Shown here one piece after another: positions 29,033 through 42,844 of a stretch of DNA of 64,000 bases (position 1 is its first letter; every line of letters starts with the position of its first letter). The position numbers were made by a program, and so were the translations under genes. The notes beneath the pieces are model-generated. The model was not told the DNA's origin. It saw only the letters and a program-made list of their open reading frames with translations, and made no database searches. Source of the stretch: Octopus sinensis (lineage: Eukaryota); NCBI RefSeq assembly GCF_006345805.1, contig NC_043010.1, positions 55,428,001 to 55,492,000 on the forward strand, read 5' to 3'.

Positions 29033-30611
29033 TTTTTACTCATTGAATGCTTTTGTGTCGTCATTTCTTGAGTTACTTTTGTTATGGTAGTATATAGTAT
29101 GCATATATTTCAACGATGTTGAAACGGCATGACAAAGTGGTTTTTAGAATTGTATGCAAGGAATACTACCATAACAAAAACAGCTAGAAAAAAGGCAACA
29201 CAAGCACATTCGATAATTAAATACAACAAAAAGATAATATGCATTTCTGTCCTTAAAGCAAACCATTTGTCTCTTTCTTCTAATTGAAGCAACAAATGCG
29301 ACCGTGACTTTTATAAAACAAAGCATAGATGAATGCACTCTATTAAGACTGTTGAAGCATGTACTGTTCTTGCATGGATCTTATTTAAGTTAAAAGATCT
29401 CAAGTTCTCTCTGTCATTTAAATTGACAATCTTATTCAATCTCAATACGAATTATTTAATGGGATGACAATTATTTTCGCCATTATGTTGATGAGATAAC
29501 AATAACAAACGAAACTCATTCAGATTGTGGATGGTATTTACCTTACGGGTATGCATGTCATATCAACAACAAATATGCGATATTTTTTTTTAGTAGCATG
29601 CTGTTGAGAGATGCAATCATTAAACTGAGATCCTTTATTTCTGAATAAAAATAAAGGCATAAATCAAAAACATACAATGAGCTGATAATTACAGCCTCCA
29701 TTGCAAACAGGTACTCGATAAAATAAGTGGAAAACAACAGTTTCTCATCATTTCGAAAACAAACATATAATCCATTAAAACTTAGATAATGTGGATTATG
29801 TTATGTGGATTATACGAAAAACAAAATGGCTCTTACTATGTACAAGCTATCATGGTTATCGGGGAAATAGATCTTATCACATATAAATTAGGCTGGGATT
29901 ATGTTTATTTCTTTTTACGAAAGATCTTCATTTTGTCCGGGGAGAATAATACATTTTACAGATAAGAGAGGCTTCGTACGTATAAATCATCTAATTCCTA
30001 TTCTCTACTGTAGTGAGTGAATAATTATATTAAGAAAAACGAAATGTGTGGACGTCTATCTTATAACATCTTGCTGCTTTTTCTTCTTCTTTCTTCAGAT
30101 ACTTTTCTTTCTTACCCCCTTCTAACTCACGTTCTCATTTCTTTTTTCTTTTCGTTTTCACTTTCTCTCTCTCTCACAAACTACATTCGCACTGCCTATG
30201 GAAATATCTCTGACAATGTGTTATTATCTCTTTGTCCTAAGATTTATCTTCCTACTTATCTCTTAAGAACTGCGATAAATAAAAAACAAAACGCGCATTT
30301 AATACCGGATGAATGTCCGCGCAAAACAATCTGTTGATTAGCAGAAAAATTCAATTTTTTTCCCTACCTACGTCTTCAGAATAAATTTCTGTGTGTACGT
30401 GCCATTGAGTGTCTGCGTGTGGATGTATATATTTGTGTATAACTTTAAGTTATGTGACTATTTTTATTACGTTTTTCTGTTTAAATATTGATTTCGTCTT
30501 TCTCATTTTTAATCCGATATTTATATATTTTAACATCATTTATATAATATATTTGTATAATTTCGTGCGAAATTCTACACAAAATATAATATATCACTAT
30601 CCACCATAACC

Positions 30612-30790
30612 ACAAGACTAGTAATTCTGTGGGAGAGGGCTAATCGATTACATGTGACCCTAATGAGAAATTGGAACTTATTTCATTGAAGCCTGGATGA
30701 AAGGCAAAGCCTATGTGGAATTTGTAGCCAGAACTTGAAACTGGGAATAATGCAGCAAAACATTTTGTCTGACGCAAAATTGTTTCTTTC
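30612..30790 (-). mobile_element. SINE family A, degenerate
   Basis: taatcgattacatgtgaccc...ggatgaaaggcaaagc. Confidence 0.5.
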
Positions 30791-31481
30791 CATCTTGCCG
30801 TTCTTGAACAATTCAAAATGGCGTTCGATATTTTATTGGCGTTTATATGGTTCGTATGCTTGTCCATCCGACATATGACGCATGCTTCCTTTCTCATAAG
30901 AGATCTTATCAATCCTAGATAGATAACAACTGAATGTATACTTGACGTACATGATGATAATTCTCCATTCTTTCTTCTTCTTCAACCCCTCTTCTTTATT
31001 CCCTTATTTCAGTCTCGCTCAGTTCACATGCACGTATGAAGACATACATTAGCAAGAAAATATATAAAACATATCTAGAAAGGAGTTATTCCTGAGGCGC
31101 TATATGTAGCATATGCATATGAATTTAAATGAAATGCCTATAACTGGAAAAACTGTGCGTGCTCACAACTGAGAACAGATGTAGTTACAGTTAGATGACG
31201 CTACAAATTAACATGGAGTCTGTCGTGTACTGGTAGGTCTGGAGGACGACTTCGTATTCACAGGATATAGAGTAATAAAGATTATAACTTCAAAACTAGA
31301 TGCTGATTGTGGGATTGATGCTGACATTCGGGAATCAATAGATAGTGTGGTACGTGAAGTAAAGTTTTTAATGCACGAACTAAGAAAATATTGTGATTAA
31401 CATGGTGTTTGTATGTTTCTATACCTATCTATCTATCTAACATTGTGCGCGTGCGTGTGTGTTTGTGTGTTTGTGTGAGTG

Positions 31482-31632
31482 TGTCGTAAGAAGCTTGCTT
31501 CCAACCACATGGTTCCAGGTTCAGTCCCACAGCGTGAAGCTTTGGGCAGCTTCGTCTTCTTATGTAGCCTCGAGCCAACCAAAGACTTGTTAGTGGATTT
31601 GGTAGACGTTAACCGAAAGAAGCTCGTCGTAA
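31482..31632 (+). mobile_element. SINE family C
   Basis: taagaagcttgcttccaaccacatggttccaggttcagtcccacagcg...gtggatttggtagacg. Confidence 0.75.
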
Positions 31633-31650
31633 ATACACACACACACACAT

Positions 31651-31699
<49 letters not shown>

Positions 31700-31860
31700 T
31701 ATATACATATACATATATGGCGACAAAGAATAAGTTCAGACTATTTAATGACCAGTAACAATTGTTTCTATACCACCCTTGTGTTTAATTCATTGTTGCA
31801 AAAGTTCCATGTGAAAATTCTCTTTTCGATAATTTTTTATTATTGTGGGTGATCACACAT

Positions 31861-32006
31861 AAAAGTATATATCAACATACACATATTCATATATACATAT
31901 TATACCCATATATATCTCAATATATATATATATATATATATATTGAGATATATATGGTATAATATATAATGTATATATTAATATGTGTATATGAATATAT
32001 ACTTTT
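31861..32006. repeat. Imperfect ~60-bp inverted repeat centred on a (TA)n tract
   Basis: aaaagtatatat...catatatatctcaa (TA)n ttgagatatatatgg...atatatactttt. Confidence 0.75.
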
Positions 32007-33052
32007 ATATATATCCATATTATATATATATATATATATATAATATATATATATACGTATCAAGACAGGTATAGGAAGAGTGAAAAAAAGAGTGGGACGA
32101 ATATAAAATATAAAGGATGAAACATTTCACTAAACATATTCGAAACTTTCTATTGAAATAACTTTTAATGGCCGTGAACATTACACAGTTTTTTTTCATA
32201 AATGGAAACGAAAAATATGCATTACCAGAACGTTAGAATATTTGGTGTGTTTGATACACAAAAACACACATAATGTTACATACACGTACTTATATATATA
32301 TTTACACATATTCGCAGACATAAAAACAAATATATAAACGAATAAATGCAGACATTTTTACCATTTTTTTTTTACTTAATATTTGAAGTCTCCCGATTAA
32401 ATAGCACTCCATCACTGTGTATTCTCATAACAACAACAGTAAAAGCTATTCATCTTGAACTTTATAAAAAGTTTTGCATACTTCTCATGTGGTGTTTGCT
32501 AGTATGGTAATGTGCTTTTTAACTGGTCACTTTCTTTGGCTGAACATTCGAGCTTAACGAGCGTGTTACTTAACCATCTGGTGTATGTGTGTTTGTGTGG
32601 GTGCGTTTGTGTGTGTGTATATATGTGTCTGTGTGCGTTCCACTGAGCAGCATTCTGATTATCAACATTATGTAACTACTGGATGTTTCGCCACTAAACA
32701 AAAGATTATTCATTTTGAGAGAGATATTATGAACTACGGAACACACTGCTTGTTTACTGATAACAATGCAGACTGGACAGAGGTTGTACATAATGTGTCA
32801 AGGGGCCTCGTATGTACTCCGTCTGTTATTTTCTCATTTTAAATGCCAAAATTCAAGTAATCCATATGATTGAGTTTGATGTGGAAATGAATAGAAAGAT
32901 AGAGAGGGAGGCGGAAAGAAAGACAGGAATACCAAGAGAGGGAGAGAGTGAGAGAGAGAGAGAGAGAGAGAGAATGAGACGGGAAGATAAACAAAGACAG
33001 AAAGGCAAAAAGAGAGAACAATATAGAGATATAGACATAAATATATAGATGT

Positions 33053-33432
33053 GGAGGCGCAATGGCCCAGTGGTTAGAGCAGCGGACTCGCGGTCGGAGG
33101 ATCGCGGTTTCGATTCCCAGACCGGGCATTATGAGTGTTTATTGAGCGAAAACACCTAAAGCTCCACGAGGCTCCGGCAGGGGGTGGGGGTGAACCCTGC
33201 TGTAATCTTTCACCACAACTTTCTCTCGCTCTTTCTTCCTGTTTCTCTTGTACCTGTATTTCAAAGGGCCAGCCTTGTCACACTCTGTGTCACGCTGAAT
33301 CTCCTCGAGAACTACGTTAAGGGTACACGTGTCTGTGGAGTGCTCAGCCACTTGCACGTTAATATCACGAGCAAGCTGTTCCGTTGATCGTATCAGCTGG
33401 GACCCTCATCGTCGCAACCGACGGAGTGCTCC
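33053..33432 (+). mobile_element. SINE family B, tail type 1
   Basis: Full-length match to 24376-24743. Confidence 0.9.
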
Positions 33433-33759
33433 TAATACTAATATATAGACACCGACATACGTATAGTGATACAGTCACACCTACGTACATGCAGACAGAG
33501 ATATAGCTACACAAATAGATAAACAGGCAGACAAATGGATAGATGGAAAGAGAAATAGAGAAAACAGTCATAAGGTAGACAGTGAGGTAGATAAATAGAT
33601 AGATAAATGGATAGATAGTCAGGGAGACTAACAGACAGATAGATAGAATGATAGATGCATATATAGACATACAGACAGATAGATTGATTGAAAGATAGAG
33701 AGAGATAAATAGACAGACAGGCAGACAGACAGACAGATAGATAGATAGATTTTATTTAT

Positions 33760-34057
33760 TTATGCGCCCTTGTCAAGCCTAGCCAGGCTCACGGGCCTGG
33801 TTTCCCGGTTTCTTTGTCGCATCCCCCCCCCCACCAGCTGGATGTGACGCCAGTCCATCGCAGCGTTACCCAAGAAACAGGAGGACAGTGAGAGAAAGTT
33901 AGGGTGAAAGAGTACAACAGGGGTCGTCACCACCCCCTGTCGGAGCCTCGTGGAGCTTTAGGTGTTTTTGCTCAATAAACACACACAACGCTTGGTCTGG
34001 GAATCGAAACCGCGATCCTCCGAGTCTGCTGCCCTAACCACTGGACTATTGCGTCTC
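33760..34057 (-). mobile_element. SINE family B, tail type 2 (V-domain-like)
   Basis: Family B head, then gggtaacgctgcgatggactggcgtcacatccagctgg...gaaaccgggaaaccaggcccgtgagcctggctaggc. Confidence 0.85.
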
Positions 34058-34150
34058 AGATAAACAGGCGGACAGACAGACAGACAGAAAGACAGACAGA
34101 CAGACAGACAGACAGATAGACAGACAGATAGATAGATAGATAGATAGATG

Positions 34151-34238
<88 letters not shown>

Positions 34239-34776
34239 TGGAAATATCTTGTTTGTTTATCGGCATCTGGGTCTCTGGTTGTGTCTAAATTGGTGTGTTT
34301 GGATCTTAAGTGTCTGTTTAGTTAAGTTTCAACTTTATATCTATTTCTAGGCAAAAATAAACTCATGGTAAAACTAAAACAAAAAAATAGGAATTTAGAA
34401 ATATCCACTGGGCCGTGAATAAACTTTGTGCAATTATAGCGTCTGTATGACATTAGGTAATTACATGTTTTAAATGTTTGCAAATAATTATTTAATATAA
34501 TTACATTGACTATAATAATTGCATTGTTTTTATACTTCCATAATGATCATTCTATAATTTAATAACTTTAGCAAACTTAATTATTTTACACTATAATACC
34601 AATAATATTAAGTGATTATATAATACTATAATTACATAGTTACTATGTTGTTTAACTTCGGCTTTTCTGATCCCCCTTGTCTTTGGTATACACGTGTGTG
34701 TGTGGGCGCGTGTGAGTGTGTGCGTGCAGATGCGTCTGTCTATGTATATATATATGTGTATATATATATATATATA

Positions 34777-34826
<50 letters not shown>

Positions 34827-34954
34827 ATGTGTAAGTATATATATATTCATATATATATGTATACATGTGTTGCATATATATAAGTATGTATATATATATT
34901 CATATATATATGTATATATCTATATATGTATACATGTGTTGCATATATATATAC

Positions 34955-34987
<33 letters not shown>

Positions 34988-34996
34988 CATATATAT

Positions 34997-35043
<47 letters not shown>

Positions 35044-35368
35044 TATATACATATATATATACATATATATATACAAACACACACATATATAGGGGGATGG
35101 ATATCGTGTTTGGAAGAAGCTGAGAGAGAGAGAGAGAGAGACGAAATGGTAATTTTCATCGTGAGTTTCGTAATTTCGTCTCGGGATTTCATTTTGTCAC
35201 TTTTCCGACGCGTCCTTTAGAAACAATTCTCCTGATAACTGGACAGATATCTGCATATATATATGAAGATATAAAACTTATAATATATGTGTATATATGC
35301 ATATATATATATATATATATACCTAAATATACATATATATATACAAACACACACATATATATATATAC

Positions 35369-35412
<44 letters not shown>

Positions 35413-35430
35413 ATATCGGTTCCATTCTAG

Positions 35431-35480
35431 CAAAAACTGTCTGATGAACGGCAACGAGAAACTCAGAGTAACAGATTTTG
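35431..35480 (+). ncRNA. Minimal type I hammerhead ribozyme motif, followed by (TA)n
   Basis: caaaaacugu-CUGAUGA-a-CG(GCAA)CG-a-GAAA-CUCAGA-GUA-acagauuuug; stem I 4+5 bp; stem III ACUCAGAGU; stem II only 2 bp. Confidence 0.7.
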
Positions 35481-35506
35481 TTGAATTTTCTGCTGCTTTA
35501 AATAAA

Positions 35507-35561
<55 letters not shown>

Positions 35562-36481
35562 ATATATATATATTAGTGAGCTAGAATCTTGCTAGATTAC
35601 TTGCAATGTTACCAAGCCAAACTGGCGCATAACGGGAAAATACTGTGAATTAATTTTTTCAATGCGAACGAAAAACATATAGGCTTCGTGTAAATCAGAT
35701 AAGTGATTGTTTAGATATCAGGAGTTTTCGGGCTATAAATGCCCCAAACGGTGCATAATGGGAAAATATTCCATAATAACTTAAAAGAGAGGAAACCGTT
35801 ACCCTTCGATTAGACACAGTGAGGTTACAACAAAAAATACCATTTGTCTTTTTACAGTAAATATTTGTATTTTCCCTTTTGTTAAATACATTATTTTAAT
35901 CATTTAGAAATATTTTTAAGTGAATGTGTTTTAAAAAATATAAGTTTTTTGTTCAGTATGTATTTATACTTTAGCTTTTTTTAAAGAGACAATATTTTAA
36001 TGTTTTTTTTAAAACTATTTTCAAGTGAATACCTTTACAAAAACATGTTCTGGCATCTTTAAAAAATACTTAAAAGTGAAAATGGCTTCAAAATACGGTA
36101 AATGTTTCGTAAAAGACCCGTTCATCACCCCGGTGTGAAATAATGTTTTCCATAAGGTCTTTCTCGAGTGCATTCAGTGTGTCTCACCTCCGAAGTGTTA
36201 TTTCTAGAATAACTGCTACCGCGTAAAAGATATTTGCAATGATGGACCCGAAATGCTTATTATGTGGTAGCAGTGCGTGGACGAAATAGCAGCAAAATAT
36301 TTACTCTTCTAGGGAAAGGAGCCGTTTGCCCGTGATTTCAATATTACATTCGTTGAAAACATGAGAAATAACCTGGAAGAGGGAAAAAAACGCACGAAAC
36401 AAAACTCCATTTCGGGGAAACTCAGACTTGCCCGGTCACCCAACAGATTACATGTGGTCATGTGGTCTAGTGTGCGTTCGA

Positions 36482-36521
<40 letters not shown>

Positions 36522-37039
36522 ATATTCAACAATTAAATAAAACGAGCAGCTATGTATGTATGTATTCATGCACGTATGCTTCTGTGTATATCTATGTATT
36601 TATATGTGACAATTTCTATATGATTTTGTTTGTGGCAGTGTGCTTATATATGACGCGACAAGATACGTGATGTATACATGCATTTCTACAAATGCGCCAT
36701 TACTTGCTTAATTCACTTGTGTGTATGTTATAAGATTGAATAACACTTAGCGAGGTCAACTACGCTCCTCGTCGGTGATGCGATACAGAATCATATGCCA
36801 ACCCTTACAATAACAGCTTGAAGTAGTCCTCAAACTACTTCCAAACACAAATATACCACTTCCTTAGAGAAAGAAAATGGGTGAGTTTTGAGAATCCTGA
36901 ATCTCTTGAATACCAGCATATATCATTATGCTGAATTCTAATTGTTATTTAGTTGAATCGTAGCTTTGTTATATACACAATGATTAAAGAGCTTCTCGTC
37001 ATGACAGCACATCTTATTGTCTTCAGTGTTTGTATACAT

Positions 37040-37686
37040 ACAGATTCAAGGGAAAGGCTTTGTACATATATGCGGTTCACATTTTATATGAAGCAGAAAC
37101 ATGGATAAATACTTACACTCTTTGGCGTAGTATTAACATAAGTATAGAGTTGAAGATTCGTCTGTACAAAAGAACGATACTGCCGAAAGTGATCTATGAG
37201 ACGTGGGAAGTGACGGCAAAAATCAACTTCCAGCTCCCCGTATTTCATCAGCGGTTTCTCAGAAATATCCTAAGAATCTCTTATCGAGACAGAGTGACAA
37301 ATGAAGGTATTCTCTGAGCAGCAAGAATAAAACCCTTGAATGCAATTGTAACCGTACGAAGAATGAGAATGGCTGGAAACATATTAAGACTGCTGGAGGA
37401 GAGGCTGTCCAAAACAGCCATGGATTGGATGCCGCTGGAAGGTAAGGGTAAAAGAGGGTAAAAGAAAGATATGGAGCAGTGCCTTCAAAGAAGACCTACG
37501 CAGACTGAACATCTCCTGGAAAGAAGCATACAGGTTGGACAGAGACGGAGATAATTGGGGATCATTGACTGCTCGATGTTCCGCTCATTGACACAGAAGA
37601 AGAAGAAGAAGAAGAAGAAGAAGAACAAGAACAAGAAGAACAAGAAGAAGAACAAGAAGAACAAGAAGAACAAGAAGAAGAAACAT
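37040..37686 (+). mobile_element. 5'-truncated RTE-clade LINE with (AAG)n-rich tail
   Basis: SIELKIRLYK...FHQRFLRNILRISYRDRVTNE...RRMRMAGNILRL...AMDWMPLEGKGKRG; tail at ~37596-37686. Confidence 0.85.
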
Positions 37687-37884
37687 GGTTATTGACGAAA
37701 TCCCAACGTGACTATCAAAAAGCATTTTTCTTTAAATTTGGCGTATAAAAGGAAGTAAGAATATATTGACCAAATTATAAAACGACAAGCAAATGAAGGA
37801 CAACAACTACGAAATGCAATAAGATCATTGCATTTCACCATTAAAAATAAAGAAGCTAGACTACTCTGGTCATATAGCTTTTCT

Positions 37885-38092
37885 ATACAAGGCACAAAAA
37901 CCTTAAATTTTGTGAGGAGCGGGGAGTCGATTATACCGATCCCAATGTTCATTTGCTACTAATTTTATCAGCTTATAAAGAGTTAAACGGTTAGCCGACC
38001 CTGGTGAAATTTAAACTCAGAACGTTAAAGGGCGAAAAGAATACTGGTGGGCATTTTGTCCGGTTTGCTAACGATGCCGACAGCTCGCTGCG
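37885..38092 (-). mobile_element. SINE family A
   Basis: gagtcgattataccgatccc...gaaatttaaactcagaacg...gctaacgatgccgacagctcgc. Confidence 0.65.
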
Positions 38093-38239
38093 TTCATTTG
38101 GTCACATTTTCTAAGAGCAAAAGATATTCAAAAACTAGGACTGGGTGAAACTATCATCGAGGGAATGGACAAGAAGGGACAAAGTAATAAAAAAAAACCG
38201 AAGGGATGTTCTTGAGTGTCAACCTGCTGAAAGCAGATG

Positions 38240-38480
38240 ACACCTGATGATGATGGTGATGGTGATGATGATGATGGTGATAATGATGTGGATGAAGATG
38301 ATGATGATGATAACGACGACGATGAAGATGACGATGTTGATGATGATGTTGATGACGACGACGACGACGATGATGATGATGATGATAATGATAATGACAG
38401 AGACGACGATGACGATGATGATGATAATAATATTAATAATGATGACGATTATGTTGGTGATGATGATGATGATGATATTT
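38240..38480. repeat. (GAT)/(GAC)n tract
   Basis: Seen directly; source of the poly-Asp ORF. Confidence 0.95.
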
Positions 38481-38557
38481 AATACTTTGTATCTTCTTGT
38501 TTTTGTTTCCTCACTTATATGTTCACGAAGGAAGTATATCATTTAAGGCAGTTCTAA

Positions 38558-38775
38558 GACGGTGTGCTGGCAGAACAGTTAGCAAGCCATACAAAACCCC
38601 TAGTGGCATTTCGTGTGTCTTTTCGTTCTGAGTTCAGATTCCGTCTGGATCGACTTGTTCTTTCATCCTTTCGAGGGTCGATAACATAAGCAACATTCAA
38701 GGCCTGAGATCGATGATATCGACTAACCCACCCGGACTCAAAAAATGCTGGCCCTGTGCCAGAATTTTAAACCAT
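38558..38775 (+). mobile_element. SINE family A
   Basis: acggtgtgctggcagaacagttagc...cgttctgagttcagattcc...ctttcatcctttcgagggtcgata. Confidence 0.75.
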
Positions 38776-39415
38776 TGTTTAAGGTAGTTGTGTCTGCAAT
38801 TTCTTGACTGGACAGGTAACTTCGTTTTTATGATTTGGCTGTTATTTGTCTGGAACCAACACCCAAATAACAATAATACAATAGATTTGGCTACACATCT
38901 GATTCTATAATTATATATCAAAGCCAAATGAAATCAATATTCAATACATTTTACTACCAACTGTAGTTGGCAATTGATAGTTTCTATCTTTAAAGCCATT
39001 GGCGAATTTTAGTTTCATCAGTGGTGTAGAGTCTAGTAACCAGACGGTAATCAAAAAATTCGTGATAGCGAACAATTTGGATGTCGAAAATACGTTGATG
39101 TCTGTGACAGTTCCAGATATTCCTCAGCTGCATTTTAAACTATGGCCCTGCAGGTAATTCAAAGATTTTTGCAGACAGCATTCAAAAATTTGGAAAAATT
39201 TGGATATCTTTTCTGTAATTAATATTGATCAATAACTGTTAATTTTTTTTTCTTTTTGCTGTTTATGTTATTTTCATTATTGAAAATAACTAGTCGGAAC
39301 ACTTAAAAAAACAACAAATAAAAGCTTTTACATACAACTCAAAAATCAAAACAAAAATTACGCGACCATATACCTCAAAATTCAGTAATAAATCACGCAA
39401 AATATTCTTCTTCTT

Positions 39416-39446
<31 letters not shown>

Positions 39447-39486
39447 TTATTATTATTATTATTATTATTATATTATTATTATTATG

Positions 39487-39962
39487 ATTCAGTTGTTGTT
39501 TTTTTTATAGCGTGCTTCCTCTTCACTAGCGAACGCAGCTCGGTGTGCCTTGGGTATGTGCTCTGCTTTGCTGTGATGCTCTTATGGTTACTGTATTGAA
39601 AGTATTTTGCGTAGGATATGTGGAGTGCCTAGTAGTTCTACTTTCTGTATGTTATATATATTTGTAAGTCCTGGTGTTTTTGTTAGGTATTTGTCTGAAT
39701 AATATTTTATCATACCTAATGCGCATACTATGATAGGAATTGTGTCTGTTTTTAGATTTCACATTCGAGTTGCCCGTATTTCCAGGTCTTTGTATTTTGA
39801 AAGTTACCCCATTTGTCATCTGCTGGTATTGATACATCAATTATAAAGCATTTTTTTCTTCATAATCTCTGACAACTATATCTGGCCTATTGGCCTTAAT
39901 TTCTCTATCTGGGTGTATTGGTATATCCCAAACTACGGTTTCTTTCTCGTTTTCTGTGATCT
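39487..39962 (-). mobile_element. 5'-truncated R4/Dong-like RLE non-LTR element in (AAT)n
   Basis: ANRPDIVVRDYEE(fs)CFIIDVSIPADD...IPIIV...HILRKILSIQ; (TAT)n on both sides. Confidence 0.8.
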
Positions 39963-40289
39963 TTATTATTATTATTGTTATTATTATTATTATTATTATT
40001 ATTAGTGTTGTTGCTGCTGCTTTTGATGTCTTGGTCTTTGTTGTGTTGTTGTGTTGTTATTGTTGTGAGTTAGAGGATTAGCAGAATCGCTTCATTATCA
40101 CTAAAAAATGCCTGCCATATTAGTTCCACATTTCCACATTTGTATTTCAAGTCCAGCTAACGTCATATTTGCTCTTGCTCCCTCTGGGGTCTATAAAACA
40201 ATATACCATTCCAGTACGGCACTAGATCACTCTATCTTCTTTCCTTAGAATTGCTAGTATTGTGTCTAATTTGGAAACTACTATTATAT

Positions 40290-40680
40290 AGGTGGCAGCT
40301 GAATGAATCGTTGGAGTGCCAGGGAAAGTGTTCTGCGAGCTTTGTTGCGAATCATTGCGATATGTGTTCGAACCAAGCAGAAGTCAACTTTTGCATTTTA
40401 GCCTTCCGAATTCGATAAAATAACGAAACAGTTAAGTACAGTGTCAATGGAAACGACTGCCCCCCTCTCCCGAATTTCGGGTTTTCTGTCTGTATTGGAA
40501 AATGTTAAGGCGGTGAGTGGGTAACTTCCTTAGCACTTCACACAACATGCTTTGCAGCATTTCATCCGGCGTTTTATGTTCAGAGTTCAAATACCTCATA
40601 TAAAAGGTACCAGTTAAGTAACAGGGTGGATGTTACTAATCTTCTCCTCAAATTTCGCCGCTCGGCCAAATATTTGAAGC

Positions 40681-40740
<60 letters not shown>

Positions 40741-40945
40741 TATTATTATTATTGTTATATACCCATCTAATAAGGGTACACTAGCTACATGCATCAGTAA
40801 TTTGTCAGAATCCTTACATGCCGGTCAAAATGATTTGCGGGAGCTGTCTTCTGGCATTACATTTTGAATTCAAATTCTGCCGAGGTCAAATTTTGCATTT
40901 TATCCCCTCGGGTTCCATAAAATACATTGCAGTCAATCACTGGAC
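40290..40945 (+). mobile_element. Three co-oriented family A SINEs (~40290-40503, 40507-40682, 40795-40945)
   Basis: Repeated heads and cores; the second ends in a long (TTA)n tail. Confidence 0.65.
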
Positions 40946-40947
40946 TC

Positions 40948-40992
<45 letters not shown>

Positions 40993-41786
40993 ATAGTAGT
41001 AGTAGTAGTAGCAGTCGTGGTGGTGGTGGAGGTTGTCGTCGTGATCGTGGTCGTATTCGTAGACATGGTGGCGGTTGCGGCGGCAGTAGTGGTGCAAGTG
41101 GAGGTGCTTGTGGTGGTGGTTGCTGGAGAAGGAAAAGAAAGAAGAAAGAGAAGACCATCTATTCTTCTTATTTATTTTCTCTTAGCTCTTAAGGGGATTT
41201 TTTCACATTTCTTTAAACTAAATATTTGCCTAAAATCCCGAAATCTTGGTTATGTTAAATGTACTTGAATATTCAAAAGTGTTCATTATAAAGAAAACAA
41301 ACAAGAAAAAAAAACAAATATAAAAATTCCTTTTATTTCAAATGTCGATTAGTAAATAGAAACATTAGAAAGTAAAGGAAGGAACAAAATATTCAAGAAA
41401 TATCCGAAAATAAAAAAAAAACTTGATATAAGGAAAAATGAAAAAACAGGAAGAAACAAGATCGAAACGAAGAGAAATTGTTGAACGATTGTTAAATGTA
41501 ATGTTTATTTATTTCGTGCTTTCTTTTTGTGTATTCAAAGATATAGATTAAGTATAGGGAAGGACAATAGAAAATTTTAAAAAAAAGGTAAAGCAAATTT
41601 TCATAATATTGAAATATGAACTGGTTAATTAAATACGAAATTGGAAGTGAAATTTTCAAAAGAATTGTCGTAATTTGCTTTTGAATTACTTTCAACACCT
41701 CGAAAACAAATTTCTCCAGATTAATTTATTAGATTCAAATCTAAACGCACTTTGCCTATGAGGTAAAAATTAATTCTTCAAAATAG

Positions 41787-41789
<3 letters not shown>

Positions 41790-41841
<52 letters not shown>

Positions 41842-41940
41842 TATATTATATATTATATATATATATTGTATATATATATATGTATATGTATATGTATATA
41901 TATAATATATATATATATATATGTATAATTATATGTATAT

Positions 41941-41971
<31 letters not shown>

Positions 41972-42439
41972 TATGTATAGTAATATATATATATATATAT
42001 TATATGTATATATATGTATATATATATATATATTCTATTGTATGTGTTGTGCGTGTATCCATCGATCCATGCATATATATATGTATATATATATGGATGG
42101 ATGAATACACGCACATACACATACACATACAAGTATGCGTGTATATATACATATACATAAATGTGTGTATGTCACCAAGAAAATTATGTGTATCTGTATA
42201 TTTCTATGTCTATGTATAGATGTCCATACGTACGTGTATAATTTTGACGTTGTATAAATTTTATGTAATTTTTATAATTTAAATTCAAATTTCATTCTTC
42301 TCTCTAAGGGAATCGTTTATTTCGAAGAGAAAATAAGTTGACAAGAATGCAAACTCAACACCTCTTGTGCACATCTTCCAGCTACTCACCTAATCTGTCA
42401 AATGATCGACATTTTACACACGGGTATAAAATGCATGCA

Positions 42440-42479
<40 letters not shown>

Positions 42480-42604
42480 GCATATATATATGCATATACA
42501 TATATATATATATAGTCTATATGTATGTGTGTGTATGAATGTGTGTGTCATCTATGTATGTATGTCTATCTACCTCATTCTCTCTCTCTCTCTCTTATGT
42601 ATAT

Positions 42605-42644
<40 letters not shown>

Positions 42645-42645
42645 C

Positions 42646-42712
<67 letters not shown>

Positions 42713-42720
42713 GTATGTAT
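41790..42720. repeat. Degenerate (TA)n fields
   Basis: Seen directly. Confidence 0.9.
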
Positions 42721-42754
42721 ATATAAAAATAAGTAACAAGATATCCAGAGGTAC

Positions 42755-42844
42755 TGTAGTACGATCGTTTCATGTTACTACTCCATTTAATTGAACAATG
42801 CAAATATTACATCAATTTAAAATGTAGAGCTATCTTCGGCTGCA
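42755..42844 (-). ncRNA. Decayed type I hammerhead motif (homologue at 61333-61420)
   Basis: ugcag-CCGAAGA-...-GAAA-CGAUC-GUA-cuaca; ACGAUCGU palindrome; U4C change; runs into (TA)n. Confidence 0.5.

Noticed and set aside
33053-33122. tRNA genes at family B SINE heads
   Set aside because: No complete cloverleaf; each continues into a SINE body
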